Source: Clostridium sp. CAG:609 (GTDB lineage: Bacteria; Bacillota_I; Bacilli_A; RF39; UBA660). Taken from it: 64,000 bases of DNA. The DNA lies in the NCBI GenBank assembly GCA_000438075.1, contig FR903536.1, positions 30,937-94,936 on the forward strand, read 5' to 3'. Shown here piece after piece: positions 10,672-20,300 of the stretch (position 1 is the stretch's first letter; the number at the start of each line of letters is the position of its first letter). A program made the translations under genes and the position numbers. The notes beneath the pieces were generated by a model, which did no database searches, was not told the DNA's origin, and saw nothing but the letters and a program-made list of their open reading frames with translations.

Positions 10672-11252
10672 TCAATTTTAAATACTTTTTTTATGATTAA
10701 ACTAACTAAATAAGCAACAACCATCATCACAATAACAGTTATAATACTTCTTGGATTATGTAAGCTCTCAAGAAGACCAGTACCCACAACTCCCCAGAAA
10801 TATACTAAAAATATTTTACTTATCAATATAGCTATACTAAACTTTTTAAAATCCATATTACAAATACCTGCAGCAATATTAACCATAAAAGCTGGTGTAA
10901 ATGGAATAGCAAGTATTACAGTTACTTTACTTAAACTTAAATTTTCAATATAACTCATCCATTTAGTTAATAAATCAACATTCTTTATTTTTTTTAATAC
11001 CCAATTTCTAAGAAACTTTTTAACTAAAAAATAAGATAAGAAACAACCAATGCATGTACATATCCATGAAATAATAAAACCAACTAACTTTCCATATGCA
11101 ACAAAATTAAGAGTAATAAACACAAACAATGGAAGTGGTGGTATTATACTTTCTAAAATAATAAAGACACATCCCAGAAGTGGTCCATAAACTCCTAATG
11201 CATCTATTGTATTCATAACAAATATATAAAAACTATTAAATAATTCACTCAT
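10668..11252 (-). CDS. TVP38/TMEM64 (DedA-related) family membrane protein
   Basis: About 5 TM helices with a general DedA/SNARE-associated layout. Start set at MSELFN (11252) after AGAGG. Confidence 0.65.
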   Translation of the reverse strand: MSELFNSFYIFVMNTIDALGVYGPLLGCVFIILESIIPPLPLFVFITLNFVAYGKLVGFIISWICTCIGCFLSYFLVKKFLRNWVLKKIKNVDLLTKWMSYIENLSLSKVTVILAIPFTPAFMVNIAAGICNMDFKKFSIAILISKIFLVYFWGVVGTGLLESLHNPRSIITVIVMMVVAYLVSLIIKKVFKID

Positions 11253-11299
11253 AAAATACCTCTTTATATATTTTACCACAAAATACTAAAAATACAATT

Positions 11300-11554
11300 T
11301 TATTTAACAACTTGTGTTACATCATAACCCAAATACTCTAGATAAGCAACAACTTTTCTACTCAAAGTACCTTTACTACATATAATATAATATTTCTTTT
11401 TATAATCAAGTAACATTTTATAATTCATAAGTAATTTATCTGCATATATATTAATACTTCCAGGTGTTGGATCATCTTTATAATCCAAAGGATGCTTAAC
11501 ATCAATTAAAATACCCAAGTTACTATTATACTCACTTAAATTAATTCTCTTCAT
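11300..11554 (-). CDS. single-domain rhodanese-like protein
   Basis: 84 aa. LIDVKHPLDY...PGSINI...YYIICSKGTLSRKVVAYLEYLGY, with an active-site-loop Cys. Confidence 0.8.
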   Translation of the reverse strand: MKRINLSEYNSNLGILIDVKHPLDYKDDPTPGSINIYADKLLMNYKMLLDYKKKYYIICSKGTLSRKVVAYLEYLGYDVTQVVK

Positions 11555-11589
11555 AATATCACAATATATATTATGAATAATTATACCAA

Positions 11590-11610
11590 AAGAAAAAGGC
11601 TTTACGCCTA
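11590..11610 (-). terminator. weak intrinsic terminator after the coupling-protein gene
   Basis: Minus strand reads UAG-GC GUAAA GCCU UUUUUCUUUUGG. The stem is only 4 bp plus a U-run and overlaps the stop codon. An extended -10 (TGGTATAAT, 11579-11587) for the rhodanese gene follows. Confidence 0.4.
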
Positions 11611-13755
11611 TTCATCTCCAAAGAAATCATCAAAGAATTCATCATCACTAACAACTGAATCATCAATTACTTTACTATCTTTATCAACATTAATAACTGG
11701 TGATGCTGGTAATACTTCTTCAGGTTCAACAATCTCTAATTGTTTTTCTTCATGTTTTTCTGGAATCTTATCTACTTCAGGTAACAAATCATCTTTCTTA
11801 ACTGGCTGTTCTTCTTTAACTTCTTTCTTCATAGCTTCTTGTCTATCAAGTTCTTTAAATTTTTCATCTAAATCTTTAAGCATACTATCTATATCCATAT
11901 CACTTATACTAGGTCTAGATGGAGCACTTCCAAAATTAGGCATTCCCATTCCTTGAGAAAATGGACTAAATCCCATTCCCATATCAATCGGTCTAAACGG
12001 ATTATTATTTTGAAAATTATTACCTTCTTCAGACATCTTTTTATTTCTTTGTTCCATAACAAATTCTTTTAAATCAAAAATCTGTACTTCTCTTTTTGCT
12101 CTAGTTGGATATTCTTCTTCTCTTCTTTCAATACCCCATTCCATTTTAAAATCAGGTTCTAACTTAGTTCTAAATGGACTAGTTCTAAGTCTAATGATTA
12201 TTGCTTCGAATAACTTCATCTTTTGCAAATCAGTAATCGTAATAAGTGGTCTAGTTGCATTTTTATCTTTTTCATCAGTTACTTTAACCTCACCACACAT
12301 CTTACTTATTTCTTCCAAAGCCTTCATTTCTGTACTTATTAAGTAAACTATATTACCACAATTACCTTTAATAATTTCTGCTACATTATCACCATATACA
12401 TCATTTAATTGAGCAAAGTTTTGAATAATAAATGTAAATCTAATGTCTCTGCTTCGAGCAGCTGACACCATAGCATCAACATCTTTAAGTGGTGGCATAT
12501 TTGCAAATTCATCTAATATAAAATTAGTTCTTACAGGAAGTTTACCACCATTTTCTTGAGCAGCATCAATTAATGTTTCATAACATTGTTTAATAAATAT
12601 TGTCATTAATGAGTGATATGTCTTTTTTTCATCATGAATAATCATAAATACAGCAGTCTTACCATTACCAATATCTTTCATATCAAAATCACTATATGAA
12701 AGCATTTCACTCAAAGCTTCACCTGTTGAGAAATTTCTTATCTTTTGTCTAAATGTTGCAAGCAAACCACCCTTTGTATCATTCGGTGCATTAATAGTAC
12801 TTGATGCAAACATATAAGCATTAGATTTTTCACCTTTCATACCAAAGTATTCTTTAATATAATTACTAGTTGCATACCTTTCTTCCCCAACTGTACTCAT
12901 TACATTTATACTATTTAAATTAACTTCTTCTTCCTTACCATCTTGAAATAACCCTAAAGCTAAACCAGAAAAATAATCTGCTGCTGACTTTTCCCAGAAA
13001 TCAGATTCATTCTTATTTGATGGATCATACAAAATATTTAAAGCAACGTCGTTTAATAATTCAATAGCTTTATCTGGATTACCAGCTCTATAATATTTAA
13101 ATGGTAATGTTAATGGATTCCATGAATTACCACGATTAGGTTCTCTGAAGTTTAATACAATTATTTTATAACCTTTTTCTTTCAAATAACTAGCACTATA
13201 CTTATATATTTCCCCTTTTGGGTCAGTGATAATCATTGATTCGCCTTTTTTAGCAAGTAAATTAACCATAGGTTTAACAACAGTTTGAGTTTTACCACTA
13301 CCTGTAGACCCAATAACTAAGTTATGATATTCTCCATTATCAACCCACATTTCCTTACCATTATTTATAAGAGGTATTCCTGCAGCATCTAATGTATCAG
13401 CCAAAGGATCAACCCTTTCAATCCCAGATTGTTCTTTAATATCCTTATCCTTTGCCCAACTTGAATAACCATCACTAGATTTTTTCTTTAAAATAATACC
13501 AAATCCACCATCTTTATCTTTCTTAAATATATAAGAAGAAACACTTGTAAAAATACCAACTAAAGATATAATAAATAAAATTAATGTCGCAGCAATATAC
13601 TTCGGTGTAAAAGCTAAAAATGGAAGTAACCCATAAAATGTACCATCTGTTGATAATGAAACAAAATTAAGTACAGCTATTGCACACAAATAAAGAAGTA
13701 ATCCACAATAAACTACAAACAACAAAAAATCTTTTGGTTCAACTTTAAACTTCAT
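11608..13755 (-). CDS. type IV coupling protein (VirD4/TraG family ATPase) with a long acidic C-terminal tail
   Basis: Two N-terminal TM helices, Walker A GSTGSGKTQT, Walker B FILDEFANMP, and RSRDIRFTFIIQNFAQL. The last ~190 aa are low-complexity and acidic, ending DDEFFDDFFGDE. Confidence 0.9.
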   Translation of the reverse strand: MKFKVEPKDFLLFVVYCGLLLYLCAIAVLNFVSLSTDGTFYGLLPFLAFTPKYIAATLILFIISLVGIFTSVSSYIFKKDKDGGFGIILKKKSSDGYSSWAKDKDIKEQSGIERVDPLADTLDAAGIPLINNGKEMWVDNGEYHNLVIGSTGSGKTQTVVKPMVNLLAKKGESMIITDPKGEIYKYSASYLKEKGYKIIVLNFREPNRGNSWNPLTLPFKYYRAGNPDKAIELLNDVALNILYDPSNKNESDFWEKSAADYFSGLALGLFQDGKEEEVNLNSINVMSTVGEERYATSNYIKEYFGMKGEKSNAYMFASSTINAPNDTKGGLLATFRQKIRNFSTGEALSEMLSYSDFDMKDIGNGKTAVFMIIHDEKKTYHSLMTIFIKQCYETLIDAAQENGGKLPVRTNFILDEFANMPPLKDVDAMVSAARSRDIRFTFIIQNFAQLNDVYGDNVAEIIKGNCGNIVYLISTEMKALEEISKMCGEVKVTDEKDKNATRPLITITDLQKMKLFEAIIIRLRTSPFRTKLEPDFKMEWGIERREEEYPTRAKREVQIFDLKEFVMEQRNKKMSEEGNNFQNNNPFRPIDMGMGFSPFSQGMGMPNFGSAPSRPSISDMDIDSMLKDLDEKFKELDRQEAMKKEVKEEQPVKKDDLLPEVDKIPEKHEEKQLEIVEPEEVLPASPVINVDKDSKVIDDSVVSDDEFFDDFFGDE

Positions 13756-13835
13756 AATATTCTTCCTTTCATTTCTTAAATCCTATTTTACCAAATTTCT
13801 AACAAAAAGTCATTACTTTTCAAAAAAATTTTTCA

Positions 13836-13864
13836 AAAATAAAAAGTGTATATTTCAACACTTT
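13836..13864 (-). terminator. intrinsic terminator/attenuator between the anchored-protein gene and the coupling-protein gene
   Basis: Minus strand AAAGUGU-loop-ACACUUU followed by UUAUUUUUG. An extended -10 (TGGTAAAAT) for the next gene lies downstream. Confidence 0.5.
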
Positions 13865-14639
13865 AATCTTGTATAACAATTTCATACTTTTTACTATCTT
13901 TATTATATTGATACATTATATTACCCGTCTTATTAACATTACTAAAATATCCTTTTTCTATAATTATATTATTAACACTTTTGCCATTAATATCAACTAC
14001 AGCTTTTATTGAATACAAAGGTTCTTCATAAAAATTATCATTAGTTACATCATCATTTTTAAGTACATAAACACTACCATTAAATACAACATATAATAAA
14101 CTAAAATAACTATTTAATTCTTCATCCATAATATTTGTTACGTAAATAATACTATCCATTATTCCATTATTATCTAAATCAATATTAACTTTTTCATATT
14201 TATTAATATCATCTATACCAATACTTTTATTTAATATACCATTAATTACATTTAAATCATTACTATCAATATCAACTTTATTAATATTTATTACTCGACC
14301 TAAATTTTTACTAAAACCAATTAATAAACCATCATAAGTAATTAGATTACTACCATCAAATAAGTTCCATACATTACCTAATTTATATGTATAAAAACCA
14401 CTATAAACATTATTAATATATGTTTCTAAATTAGTATTATCTATTAAACTATTATTAGATTTAATCCATGACCCATTATATCCCCAGATACTTTCATTAT
14501 TAATAATCATATAACTATATTCTTTTGAATCATTCGGATTATTACTATTACTCTCATTGTTTTTAAAAAGCACAAACACAACAAGTAATATAACAACCAA
14601 TCCACCAATAATAATAACAGGTACTTTTTTATTCATCAT
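13863..14639 (-). CDS. membrane-anchored T4SS-associated protein (occupies the PrgL/VirB8-like position)
   Basis: Single N-terminal TM helix VPVIIIGGLVVILLVVFVLF followed by a ~225-aa extracytoplasmic domain. Assignment is by position only; no motif was recognised. Confidence 0.45.
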   Translation of the reverse strand: MMNKKVPVIIIGGLVVILLVVFVLFKNNESNSNNPNDSKEYSYMIINNESIWGYNGSWIKSNNSLIDNTNLETYINNVYSGFYTYKLGNVWNLFDGSNLITYDGLLIGFSKNLGRVININKVDIDSNDLNVINGILNKSIGIDDINKYEKVNIDLDNNGIMDSIIYVTNIMDEELNSYFSLLYVVFNGSVYVLKNDDVTNDNFYEEPLYSIKAVVDINGKSVNNIIIEKGYFSNVNKTGNIMYQYNKDSKKYEIVIQD

Positions 14640-14650
14640 TACCATCCTTT

Positions 14651-17611
14651 TTATCTAGTTTTATAAGCAACTACTTGATCTACATATTTAACATCTAATG
14701 TTGATACTTTACCACCACTTGGATCTTTACCAGTTATAATATCTCCACTAACACTAGTAACTGCTATATAATGTCCTCTTTTATGAGCATCATTTATAAA
14801 ATGAACTAAAACAATATTATTATTTATATTATATTTATTAATAACACCCAATTTAGCACTATTTGAATAACTTCCAATTCTACTTTCATTACCAATTAAT
14901 GAAACATTCGGAGCTGCTTTTGTTATCGCCACACATGACCAATTAATTGCACCCTTATCAGTAAAACAACTTCCTTCATTTAATACATCTAGGAACTTCC
15001 CAGCATCAAAATCAGGTATCGTAGTTTCAGTACCACTACAAGTAATTCCCATTGCTAAAGATGTAACAGCACATCCAGAATCACCCATTGTAAGACGTGA
15101 CTTACCTAAATGTTTTGATTTCCATCTACTATCCCCTTGAGCATAATAAGTACATGCTTGTGAGAAATTTTCACATAAATCATCAGTTAAATTAAACATT
15201 GCATTTCTTTGACTAGCCATTTTTTCCACTTGCCACATTGAATATGCAAGTTGATCTTCATCTGTTGTTTGAACACAATTAGAACCACTACAAGTTTTAT
15301 CTTTACTACATGCCGCAGATACAACACCACTTCTTGCATAAGACATATATTTATTTATATAATCATAATAATAACATCCACCAGTACCAGCATCACCTGG
15401 ATTATACCAATAACTTCCTATATAAGCATATTTATTCATCATTGAACTTAAAGAATCATACTTCTTTATTGTGTTAATAAAACCTAGTACACCATCACTA
15501 AATGAACTATATGATGCACACTTAGAAAGACTTTGACCATTATAACAAGCTATACCCCAATAATTATTATAACTTTCATATCCTTTTGATGCTGGACTAT
15601 AACCTTCTAAATGAGCTCTTACTACAACAAGTTCAGGATTAATTCCATTACTTACAGCTAAATCATATATTGTACCAGCATTATCTTTAAATACAGATGC
15701 TGCTTTAGTACTCTTATTAGCATAGTAAGATTCAACTTTACTAATAAAATCTGATTTACTCAAACTTGTTGAACTTATTGACATTGCTTCACAAGCATTA
15801 CTTTCAGTATTTTCTGTATAAATAAATTCGCAATGATCAGCTAAATTATATATTTTATAATTACTACTTACACTAGATGCAGTATCTATAGTATTTAACA
15901 TACTCTTATATATTTTTTTATAATCATTATTTTCATAATAAATACCTTCCCTATAATCAGTTATTTCATAATTAATTCTAACAAACTTTAAATTTGTTAA
16001 ACCAGAACTATTTATTAAACCTTCCAAAGTATTATTAAAATTATTTATATCTATATTTTGAATACCAGCTTCAATTTGTTCAACAGGTCCTAGTGATATA
16101 ACAGTAATATTATTATTACTCCATTCCCCATTAGCTAGCTCATAATACTTATTATAATATTCTTGTGGATTATTTAAATTAACATCATGAAGCCCCATCC
16201 ATATAATTATATTGTAATTAACTCCGTCTTTCATTTTATTATTGATACCCATAATACCACCATCTGTACTATTAGTATCTTCTGCAGAAAAAGTTCCATT
16301 ACCAACTAACCAATCATAACCATATCCAACACCATACACACTTTTCTTTTTACTCACAATACCATATTGAACCATTCTATATAGTTGTGAATCTCCCAAA
16401 AATAAGGTATCAGAATAAATATGTTGAACTTCTCCACCTAAATTATCATATATCAAACTTAATATACTATTATAACTATTTTTTTCAAATGATTTAATTT
16501 GTTCTAACTTATTTTCATCTAACATTAATGAATTAGACAATGATAAATTAGTTATTTCATCACTATAAATACTAGATAAATACAAATAATTTTCTATATC
16601 ACTATATAAATCTTCATATTCTTCTGGATAATTTTCATTATATCCATATGAACATGTATCTAAATAAACATCTTTAATCGCATTATTATAATTACCTATA
16701 CTTAAAGCATTAGTTTTTACAATAATCATTATAGCTTTTAAAGCATCATCAGAATAACTTACGTTACCTACTAAAGATGCGGTTGTACCCAACACATATT
16801 TTTTTAAATCTAATGTTTTTTCTTCTTCAGTATCACATACATTTAAATGAACAGGAGCGGAATTAAAATCACATTCTTGACTAAAATATCCATTATTAGT
16901 TTCACCCCCCATTAACATTAAAAGTATTATAATAAATAAAATAAATAAACCAAAAACAAGTAATATCCATGGATTAGCTGCTATAAAAGCAACAATCTTC
17001 TTTTTTGCTACAGATGCCATAACTTTAGCTTTTTCTTTAGCAACTTTTTTTACAGCATTAGTACCCTTTTTAACTTCACTCTTTGCCTTATTTTTTAAAG
17101 CTTCTCCGGGATGCATCATATTATATGCATTTGCTTTAGCATCATCAACTTTATTAACTAAAGCATTCTTCTTAGCATTAGCATAATTTAAATTATCTAA
17201 CACTCTATCCATCTTAGTCTTAGGTTTTAACACATTCCCTTCGCTAGAAGATGTCTTAACATTTCTTTTTCTTTCTTCATTTAATTTATTAGCTTTTTTA
17301 TTTAATTCATCTTGTCTATCTTTATAATAATTCTTATCATATACTCCATCTTTATTCTTAGCTTGATCATATTGTCTTTGACCAAACTTTTCATTTCTAA
17401 CAGATGGAATTTCATCCATAGTCTGTGGCTCAACCACTTGACTATTGTACTCAATTTGTTCATCAAGTACCCTTTCTAATTCATCTAAATCATTTATATC
17501 ATGCAAACCAACTTGAGAAGCAATTGTTCTCAAGTTGTCTAATTGGGAATCACTATTTCCTATATCTAAACCTAATTTCTTAGCTTTTTCTATAATTCTA
17601 TCCGTTTGCAT
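14651..17611 (-). CDS. T4SS-associated multi-domain peptidoglycan hydrolase (VirB1/PrgK analogue)
   Basis: 986 aa. Cytoplasmic Lys-rich N-terminal region, one TM helix (WILLVFGLFILFIIILLMLM), GDS block LFLGDSQLYRM, glucosaminidase/lysozyme-like GINPELVVVRAHLEGYSPA...NNYWGI, and a C-terminal Cys-His peptidase-like YYAQGDSRW...GDSGCAVTSLAMG...RGHYIAVTSVSGD. Confidence 0.8.
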   Translation of the reverse strand: MQTDRIIEKAKKLGLDIGNSDSQLDNLRTIASQVGLHDINDLDELERVLDEQIEYNSQVVEPQTMDEIPSVRNEKFGQRQYDQAKNKDGVYDKNYYKDRQDELNKKANKLNEERKRNVKTSSSEGNVLKPKTKMDRVLDNLNYANAKKNALVNKVDDAKANAYNMMHPGEALKNKAKSEVKKGTNAVKKVAKEKAKVMASVAKKKIVAFIAANPWILLVFGLFILFIIILLMLMGGETNNGYFSQECDFNSAPVHLNVCDTEEEKTLDLKKYVLGTTASLVGNVSYSDDALKAIMIIVKTNALSIGNYNNAIKDVYLDTCSYGYNENYPEEYEDLYSDIENYLYLSSIYSDEITNLSLSNSLMLDENKLEQIKSFEKNSYNSILSLIYDNLGGEVQHIYSDTLFLGDSQLYRMVQYGIVSKKKSVYGVGYGYDWLVGNGTFSAEDTNSTDGGIMGINNKMKDGVNYNIIIWMGLHDVNLNNPQEYYNKYYELANGEWSNNNITVISLGPVEQIEAGIQNIDINNFNNTLEGLINSSGLTNLKFVRINYEITDYREGIYYENNDYKKIYKSMLNTIDTASSVSSNYKIYNLADHCEFIYTENTESNACEAMSISSTSLSKSDFISKVESYYANKSTKAASVFKDNAGTIYDLAVSNGINPELVVVRAHLEGYSPASKGYESYNNYWGIACYNGQSLSKCASYSSFSDGVLGFINTIKKYDSLSSMMNKYAYIGSYWYNPGDAGTGGCYYYDYINKYMSYARSGVVSAACSKDKTCSGSNCVQTTDEDQLAYSMWQVEKMASQRNAMFNLTDDLCENFSQACTYYAQGDSRWKSKHLGKSRLTMGDSGCAVTSLAMGITCSGTETTIPDFDAGKFLDVLNEGSCFTDKGAINWSCVAITKAAPNVSLIGNESRIGSYSNSAKLGVINKYNINNNIVLVHFINDAHKRGHYIAVTSVSGDIITGKDPSGGKVSTLDVKYVDQVVAYKTR

Positions 17612-17633
17612 AAAACCACCTCAAATGAGGATA

Positions 17634-19421
17634 TTAATAACCTCCACCTGAACCAAATGAATCTAATTCTTCTTGAGTAATAACAATTTGAATCTTCATT
17701 CTCTTATTACCACATATAAACAAAGCTTCCCCTTGATTATAATATTTAATAGATTCCATTTCTGATTCATTTAAATCAATTAATTTTGCTAAATCATCAA
17801 CAGCTTGTTTTCTAAGACCCATTACTAAGTAATATGAAGCATTATCAAATATTGCTTTACCATGAGTTATAATATTCGGAGCCGCAAAATCAGTAGGTTG
17901 TTGAGTAATGATAATTGTTCCAGTATTATACTTTCTACTTCTTCTTTGCATTTGTGCTAAGAATTCAGCCCCAAGTTCATTATGTCCTGCAAGTAAAACA
18001 TGAGCTTCATCAACCATCATAACAGTGTTAATATCTTTATCTAAACATAATCCCCATGCATACTTTAAAATATTAAAGAATAATGCATTCTTAATATTTT
18101 CATCACTATTCATAAGTTCTTTTATATTAAATACAATAAAATCACTATCAATCTTTAGTGTTGTTTTACCAGTAAAATAATATCTAAGTTCTTTAACCAA
18201 AGGTCTTATCTTAAGTTCAAGTCGTTCCAAAACATCACGTTCATGCGTAGCATCTGTCATACTAACTAAATGACCTTTTATAGTTGCATAAACATCATCA
18301 AATGTTGGATAATCAGCACTAGTTAACTTAGTAAAATCTGTTTCATAATCTATTTTAAATCTTTTATAAGTTTCTTGTAATACATCACTAAACATAGTAA
18401 GAACATCATCTTCAATACTAGGCGAATAATATTTCATAAATGCTTTAACTTGTTGAAGTGTTCTAGTTAAAACAGTATAACCTAATCCTTGTGCTATTTC
18501 ATCTTCATCAGCATCAATAACAATTTCAAGGGGATTAATCATACCAAATTCTCCACCTTTACCTAAGTCAAGGAAATCTCCACCTAGGCTATAACACATA
18601 TCTCCAAGTTCACCTTCAGGGTCAACACATACAACTTTATATCCGTTTCTTATGTGAGTTCTAAGTAATACTTTCGCAGCAGTACTCTTACCAGAACCAC
18701 TCATACCAAGTAAAATAATATTAGCATTATTTCTATTATTTTCTTTTCTTATTTGATATAAGAATTGATTAAATAATATAACACCACCAGAGAAATCTAC
18801 ACCAAGAAGTGTTGCATTACCTGGGTCTTTAATACTATCAAAGATAAAAGGATACATTGCTGCTATTGTAACAGATGGTATCGGCGTACCAATTCTATTT
18901 TCAATATCTTGTGGTGGAAATATAGGTAGTATTGACTTTAATGCTTTTTCTTGTTCAAACATTAAAGCAACAGCTCTCATTCCTAACGCATCCAAATAAC
19001 TTCTTACTTGAATCTTTCTTAATTCCAATTCTTCTTTATTATTTGCAGTAATCATCAAATGCATTTGAAAATCAAATATTCTAGCTTGAGTTGCTGCAAG
19101 CATTTGAATAAATTGTTCCAAAGATTCATAATCTTGACGTATTCTTTCTTGCATTGTATTATCTTTTTCACTTTGATATCTTACTTTTAAATCTGCTATT
19201 TCTTTATTAAGCATTTTTTGTAATACTGAAAAAGGTATAGGCATATGTTTAATAGCTATTTTAACACCTTGAATATTAGTTATATCAGATAAAAAACCTG
19301 GTGCAATATTTCTAGGAAAAGCTATAACAGTCATAATTGTTGAATACTTTCCCCCTAATACAAATTCAGTTGGTTTAAATTCCATTCCTTTAGGAGCTAT
19401 TTCACTTTTAATTTTACTCAT
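17634..19421 (-). CDS. VirB4-family T4SS ATPase, C-terminal (ATPase) part
   Basis: Walker A GMSGSGKSTAAK, Walker B VMMVDEAHVLL, and RRSRKYNTGTIIITQQPTD. It begins 1 nt after the stop of the preceding ORF. Confidence 0.9.
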   Translation of the reverse strand: MSKIKSEIAPKGMEFKPTEFVLGGKYSTIMTVIAFPRNIAPGFLSDITNIQGVKIAIKHMPIPFSVLQKMLNKEIADLKVRYQSEKDNTMQERIRQDYESLEQFIQMLAATQARIFDFQMHLMITANNKEELELRKIQVRSYLDALGMRAVALMFEQEKALKSILPIFPPQDIENRIGTPIPSVTIAAMYPFIFDSIKDPGNATLLGVDFSGGVILFNQFLYQIRKENNRNNANIILLGMSGSGKSTAAKVLLRTHIRNGYKVVCVDPEGELGDMCYSLGGDFLDLGKGGEFGMINPLEIVIDADEDEIAQGLGYTVLTRTLQQVKAFMKYYSPSIEDDVLTMFSDVLQETYKRFKIDYETDFTKLTSADYPTFDDVYATIKGHLVSMTDATHERDVLERLELKIRPLVKELRYYFTGKTTLKIDSDFIVFNIKELMNSDENIKNALFFNILKYAWGLCLDKDINTVMMVDEAHVLLAGHNELGAEFLAQMQRRSRKYNTGTIIITQQPTDFAAPNIITHGKAIFDNASYYLVMGLRKQAVDDLAKLIDLNESEMESIKYYNQGEALFICGNKRMKIQIVITQEELDSFGSGGGY

Positions 19422-19422
19422 A

Positions 19423-19983
19423 TTACATCACCGCCCCAAAATTAGTTGTTTCTCCACCATTTAAGAAATTATCTAAAACAACTCTTAAATCATTATTGGA
19501 AGTTTGAACACTTTGTAATCCAGCATTAGCAAGTCCACTTATTAAATTATGTAATTTCTTTTGAACTATTTCTAATCTCTTTTCTTTAAACAAGATATAA
19601 TATTCAGTATCAACTACATTATATTCACTACTCATAAATAGATTAGCTTTATTAATATCTTGCATAATTAATTTCTTAATAGCATTACTTTCAGCATTAT
19701 TATACATAAGTTGTAATTGAGATAGATACACATCAATATCCACAGGTCTATCAGCAATAAGCAACCAGAAATCATAATCAATACTATTATAAAAATTTCT
19801 TAATTGATAAATAGTATTATTTTGTGAACCTTGATCCATAATAAATATATTTTTAGGCATTACCTTAACACCAGTAACATATGTACCATCATCAAGTTGT
19901 ATCATACCATTCATTATTTGTCTAACAGGTAACCAGTTTTCTGTATAACTTACACCTGAAGAATTATTCATCTTTGAGTTCAT
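19423..19983 (-). CDS. VirB4 N-terminal domain encoded as a separate ORF
   Basis: NWLPVRQIMNGMIQLDDGTYVTGVKVMPKNIFIMDQGSQNN...FWLLIADRPVDIDVYLSQL resembles the N-terminal region of Gram-positive VirB4/TraE proteins. 186-206 aa plus 595 aa sums to the usual ~800 aa. Start is probably MNSKMNN (19983) or 19971. Confidence 0.6.
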   Translation of the reverse strand: MNSKMNNSSGVSYTENWLPVRQIMNGMIQLDDGTYVTGVKVMPKNIFIMDQGSQNNTIYQLRNFYNSIDYDFWLLIADRPVDIDVYLSQLQLMYNNAESNAIKKLIMQDINKANLFMSSEYNVVDTEYYILFKEKRLEIVQKKLHNLISGLANAGLQSVQTSNNDLRVVLDNFLNGGETTNFGAVM

Positions 19984-20284
19984 CTTTAACACACCAACCT
20001 TTCCAATAATATCTACGTGGATTAAATATAAATGTACATGCATTTATAATGAATTGTAATACATTATGATAATGCATAACTGGAGTGACTAAAAATCCAG
20101 TTATAAGTGCAGGCATAAGTATAACAATCATCTGACCAACCGATGCATTTTGCACTAGCATTAACAGCATTACAGTAAGTAAGCATCCAAATCCAAAAAG
20201 CAAAATATCAGTCAGAGTAAAGAACCCTAATATCAATTGTGACTTTTTAGAATTTGCAGGTATTAAATAATTATTCATCCCCAA
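19964..20284 (-). CDS. PrgI/VirB3-like small T4SS membrane protein
   Basis: 106 aa with two TM helices (LILGFFTLTDILLFGFGCLLTVMLLML; MIVILMPALITGFLVTPV). It sits immediately upstream of VirB4, as prgI does for prgJ. Confidence 0.65.
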   Translation of the reverse strand: MGMNNYLIPANSKKSQLILGFFTLTDILLFGFGCLLTVMLLMLVQNASVGQMIVILMPALITGFLVTPVMHYHNVLQFIINACTFIFNPRRYYWKGWCVKDELKDE

Positions 20285-20300
20285 ATCATTCCTTTCTTAA

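Noticed and set aside
17634-20043. Calling the split VirB4 a pseudogene
   Set aside because: Both parts are long, intact and motif-complete. The junction has a stop/start spacing of 1 nt with an SD-like sequence, which fits translational coupling. It is reported as a finding instead, with sequencing error as the stated alternative.
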